Of a DNA stretch of 64,000 nt, positions 60,811 to 64,000 are shown piece by piece. Numbering within the stretch: the stretch's first letter is position 1; each line of letters opens with the position of its first letter. The notes under the pieces were generated by a model. The model did not search any database, was not told the DNA's origin, and was given only the letters and a program-made list of their open reading frames with translations. The stretch lies in contig CAVTIS010000012.1 in NCBI GenBank assembly GCA_963734845.1, forward strand, positions 67,641-131,640, read 5' to 3'. This DNA is from an uncultured delta proteobacterium (lineage in GTDB: Bacteria > Desulfobacterota > Binatia > Binatales > Binataceae). Position numbers and translations under genes: made by a program.

Positions 60811-61503
60811 TTAGCGGCGTTCGTGCTGCTTGGCGCCGTAGAGGATTGCCCGCTCCTCTTCGGTGAGCGGCTTCTGCGGCTGATCGGCCATCACAGCCAT
60901 CCCCTTTTGCACCGCCGGCCGCGCCGCGAGCGCGTCGATCCAGCGCTTGAGATGCGGCCGCGTGTCCAACTGCTCCGGCTGCGCCTTGAGCGCGGCGACG
61001 ACCCATGGATAGGTTGCGATGTCGGCGATCGAATAGTCGCCCGCAAGGTAGGGATTCGCGGCCAGTCGCTTGTCGAGCACATTGAACAGCCGGCGCGACT
61101 CATTGGTGTAGCGTTCAATCGCGTAGGGAATTTTCTCGGGCGCGGCGTTGCGGAAATGGCCCGCCTGCCCGAGCATCGGCCCGACGTTGGCCATCTGGAA
61201 CATCAGCCACTCGACTACCCGGTAACGCGCGCCCATTTCGGCCGGCATCAACTTCCCGGTCTTCTCCGCGAGATAGAGCAAAATTGCTCCCGACTCGAAA
61301 AGCGAGTACGGCTTGCCCCCGGGGCCGTCGCTATCGACGATCGCCGGCATCCGGTTGTTCGGGCTGATTTTCAAGAACTCAGGCGCGAACTGTTCGCCCT
61401 TGCGGATATTGATCGGCACGACCCTGTATTCAAGGCCCGTCTCTTCGAGAAAAATGGTGACTTTATGCCCGTTGGGCGTAGGCCAGTAATAGAGGTCGAT
61501 CAT
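60811..61503 (-). CDS. Glutathione S-transferase, YfcG-like
   Basis: MIDLYYWPTPNGHK, SPNNRMP, FESGAIL, SIADIA. Confidence 0.93.
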   Translation of the reverse strand: MIDLYYWPTPNGHKVTIFLEETGLEYRVVPINIRKGEQFAPEFLKISPNNRMPAIVDSDGPGGKPYSLFESGAILLYLAEKTGKLMPAEMGARYRVVEWLMFQMANVGPMLGQAGHFRNAAPEKIPYAIERYTNESRRLFNVLDKRLAANPYLAGDYSIADIATYPWVVAALKAQPEQLDTRPHLKRWIDALAARPAVQKGMAVMADQPQKPLTEEERAILYGAKQHERR

Positions 61504-61710
61504 TTTGCTGCTCCTGTTCTCGCTTTGCCCTTTCCCAATATCGCTGAAGAGTTTTCCTTCTCGCATGTCAGCACGGTCGGTGACGGATCGTCAACGCGAG
61601 AACGTCCCGGCCTCCGTTCTTTTGAATAATCTTCGATAATCTTCGCGGACAATGTTCGCGCCGCAGACTCTTTAGGGGCGAGCACAATTAGGCTAGTTTA
61701 CGATCCGTGA

Positions 61711-61785
61711 GCCGATGTAGCTCAACGGTAGAGCAACTGATTTGTAATCAGTAGGTTGACGGTTCAAATCCGCCCATCGGCTCCA
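61711..61785 (+). tRNA. tRNA-Thr (anticodon TGT), CCA encoded
   Basis: Acceptor GCCGATG/CATCGGC; D arm GCTC/GAGC; ACTGA-TTTGTAA-TCAGT; TTCAAAT loop. Confidence 0.95.
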
Positions 61786-61849
61786 AAAAACTCTCTCGCA
61801 CAATGAGTTTGTGTGTCGAGCGCGATTAGCACTCTGAGTCTCGATTGAA

Positions 61850-62698
61850 TTGCAACCACGATGCAACCATCAACCGAGAGCAAAAATAGTGAGTTCAAAA
61901 AAAAGATCATTTGAGGCGCGCTTTGATATTGAGGTGCCGTTCGATGAGGCCAAGCGCCGCTTCGTCAATAGGGCGCACAACTACATTGACGACCTCTACT
62001 GGGAGCAACTTGATAGAAATGATCGCGCCATACTGGCATTCGAGGTTTTCAAAGTTCTTGGGAAGCGTCAGCCGAGATCCGGCTTGAACAGTCTCGCTGA
62101 GGAAATCGGACACGAGTTCTTGCAGACCTTGAAGGTGATTGAGGCGATGTACCGATCCAACGTATTCATGCACCGTTGGCAGGATAGGGTCGATAGCTTC
62201 GTCTCAGATATTTTGGAAGAGGCCGAAACCGACCTCGGCATCGCGTGGCGAGAAGGGGAGTTCATCAGGCGAGGAGCGGCGCTTCTAGACGAGGCGCTCG
62301 TGGACGGACCGCTGCACTGGTTACGACAAAAGGGCTATAAGGCGGTTCTCGATCCATTTGAAAAAGGTCTGCAAATTTTGCTCGAGGTCCACTTGCAAGA
62401 TCAGCCGCAGGGTCTATCCGATGTCGTGACGGACATGTACGAAGCTCTTGAGGCAATGGCGAAGATAGTCACCGGCCGTTCGGAGTTGACGCTTGACGCC
62501 AATCGTGAGGCGCTTGTCCAAAAGGTCGGGGCTTCCCAAGAGTACAGACGCATGCTCAAGGAGTACGTCGAATACGCGCATCGCTTTCGGCACGCACCTT
62601 CCGACAAGCGCCCGCGGCCGCAGCTTTCCTATCCGGAAGTAGAGTCATTCGTCTATCTGACGGGGGTCTTTCTCAGGCTAGCAATGTCTGCAAGTTAG
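61850..62698 (+). CDS. Hypothetical protein resembling AbiJ-related/HEPN-like abortive-infection proteins
   Basis: ILEEAETDLGIAWREGEF..LDE; YEALEAMAKIVTG; YAHRFRHA; EVESFVYLTGVFLR. Confidence 0.55.
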   Translation: MQPRCNHQPRAKIVSSKKRSFEARFDIEVPFDEAKRRFVNRAHNYIDDLYWEQLDRNDRAILAFEVFKVLGKRQPRSGLNSLAEEIGHEFLQTLKVIEAMYRSNVFMHRWQDRVDSFVSDILEEAETDLGIAWREGEFIRRGAALLDEALVDGPLHWLRQKGYKAVLDPFEKGLQILLEVHLQDQPQGLSDVVTDMYEALEAMAKIVTGRSELTLDANREALVQKVGASQEYRRMLKEYVEYAHRFRHAPSDKRPRPQLSYPEVESFVYLTGVFLRLAMSAS

Positions 62699-62852
62699 CC
62701 GTACTCCCAAGGCGGGCGAAGCGGACGAACGGATGCGGGCGCGCGATCTCGAAGGATAGAAAGGGAGCAGCGCGGCCCGCGGCCGGCCGAGTGCGGAACC
62801 CGTTTAGCAAGCGAGTACATGAGGGCGAATAGTCAAATGAAATATATCCTTT

Positions 62853-63374
62853 ATGTTGTGTCTCTTACGTTCGCGTTGCTCGAATACTCGGGGCTTATAT
62901 GGCGAGCAACGACCGAGCCCGTGCCCGTTGCGACTGGCGGCTATGCGCCTCAATAAATGCGGCGCTCTTAGTTCTCGCCGACCGGATCAAGCCGCCTCAC
63001 GATCATTGAAACTCTGCCGCATCGCCGCGCTTGTTGTCGCTGTTACACGGCTGGTCGTCGCCTCGCCGGCATGGGCGGGTCCGATATGCGCCGCCGAGGC
63101 AGACATTTCTCGTGCCGCCGCCGAGGCGCAACGGCGAGGGGTGCCACTTCGCACGGTCAAAAGCGTGATCGAGGCACAAACGCGCGCATCCGAAGGTGCG
63201 CGCAATTATGCGAAAGGCTCCATATCAATAGATTACTCATTTTCGACACTGAGTCCCGACGTACATGCTGATATTGCTTATCGATCCTGCTTGGAATACG
63301 AGGGCGACGATCAGTATCAGAACTACCTACGCACGTTGCCAATCATCGCGGCGGCTCTGCGTGCGAAATATTGA
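62853..63374 (+). CDS. Hypothetical secreted protein; start probably internal
   Basis: RIAALVVAVTRLVVASPAWA signal-like segment, two Cys in mature part. Confidence 0.5.
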   Translation: MLCLLRSRCSNTRGLYGEQRPSPCPLRLAAMRLNKCGALSSRRPDQAASRSLKLCRIAALVVAVTRLVVASPAWAGPICAAEADISRAAAEAQRRGVPLRTVKSVIEAQTRASEGARNYAKGSISIDYSFSTLSPDVHADIAYRSCLEYEGDDQYQNYLRTLPIIAAALRAKY

Positions 63375-63783
63375 GCGGTCCGCAAGCGGACAAAGAAACG
63401 GCGCGGCGCGCGACCGGGGGATATGGTCACGCCCGCGCCGTTGTGCCGAGGGGCGGCGGATAATCCACCGAAGTCAAGCGGACCTCTCTACTCGACCTCG
63501 CCGCTGCGCGCCGTTTGGAACCGGGGACAACGGCGCCCGGACCCTCAACGATTTTCAGGGAACAACCCGCGCCGGGCTTGGCTGGCTCAATAGCGGGGTG
63601 TTTTCAGCTTCGCCCCGCACACGACGTTGGTTAGGGAGCGCCGACGCCTAGGGTTCACGGTCCCATTTGTGCGTGCGCGAGTTGTTCCCATGCCTCGAAG
63701 ATGTACCGCGCCCCGCGGCGCCGGCCAAGTGAGGGGCCGCTTCTCAACCGTGCCGCGGGGAGCGGGTACGCGGTGCTTTTACC

Positions 63784-63999
63784 TCAGCGCCCGACGCCGG
63801 TTATCGTGCAGAGATGCGACGCGCGCAACAGCGCAACATCGATCCGGCACCAACAGCGGATCCCGACTCCGAGTGCGGCGAAGTTATCACCGTGGCGCGA
63901 GACGTCCACCGTCACGTCTCGTCTCATCCCGAGGGCGACCTGTCCGAAGTCGCCGACGTACGCCGTACTTTCCTGAGCCGGCGTGCCGCGACCCGCGTC
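63784..63999 (-). CDS. C-terminus of an HK97-family phage major capsid protein, 5' part outside window
   Basis: Manual translation: AYVGDFGQVALGMRRDVTVDVSRHGDNFAALGVGIRCWCRIDVALLRASHLCTITGVGR-stop (TGA 63786-63784). Confidence 0.7.
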   Translation of the reverse strand, partial: DAGRGTPAQESTAYVGDFGQVALGMRRDVTVDVSRHGDNFAALGVGIRCWCRIDVALLRASHLCTITGVGR

Positions 64000-64000
64000 G

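Larger units (their letters stand above)
61786..64000. mobile_element. Proximal end of a putative prophage/satellite integrated at tRNA-Thr; continues beyond window
   Basis: Visibly lower GC directly after the tRNA, Abi-like gene, orphan gene, capsid 3' end. Confidence 0.6.

Noticed and set aside
60795-60812. Hairpin between convergent rlmB and GST genes
   Set aside because: Only a 7-bp stem with no U-tract; an ordinary possible terminator.
63490-63570. Possible cos-like packaging site (GGCGCCCGGACCCTCAACGATTTT)
   Set aside because: Resemblance is too vague to support without terminase context.

Overview
GC-rich bacterial chromosomal segment with about 55 genes. Gene content (many luciferase-like/F420-type oxidoreductases, DUF507 pair, AddAB, PtsP) suggests a soil deltaproteobacteria-like lineage such as Ca. 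Binatota; this is inference only. Core genes include aqpZ, tatBC, ptsP, cyaY, CIRCE-preceded groESL, addAB, aroF, a peptidoglycan-recycling cluster interrupted by a Cu-type P1B ATPase, lptFG, rlmB and tRNA-Thr(TGT). Accessory parts are a secreted Ig-repeat/DUF3494 ice-binding-like protein next to aqpZ, a four-gene catabolic cluster (CarAa-like Rieske oxygenase plus an M20-fold protein lacking its metal ligands), an ArsA/Get3-like ATPase pair facing a phasin-like gene, and a lower-GC element downstream of tRNA-Thr. That element carries an Abi/HEPN-like gene and, at the window edge, the 3' end of an HK97-type capsid gene absent from the ORF track. The most striking hidden signal is an out-of-frame rhodanese domain after a VTT/DedA gene whose active-site Cys codon is TGA followed by a perfect SECIS-like hairpin, i.e. 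a probable selenoprotein broken by a deletion. Several long, perfect, mutually unrelated palindromes sit at gene ends or in intergenic regions. No CRISPR array, rRNA or integrase was seen. All family assignments come from motif recognition by eye; no database search was run.
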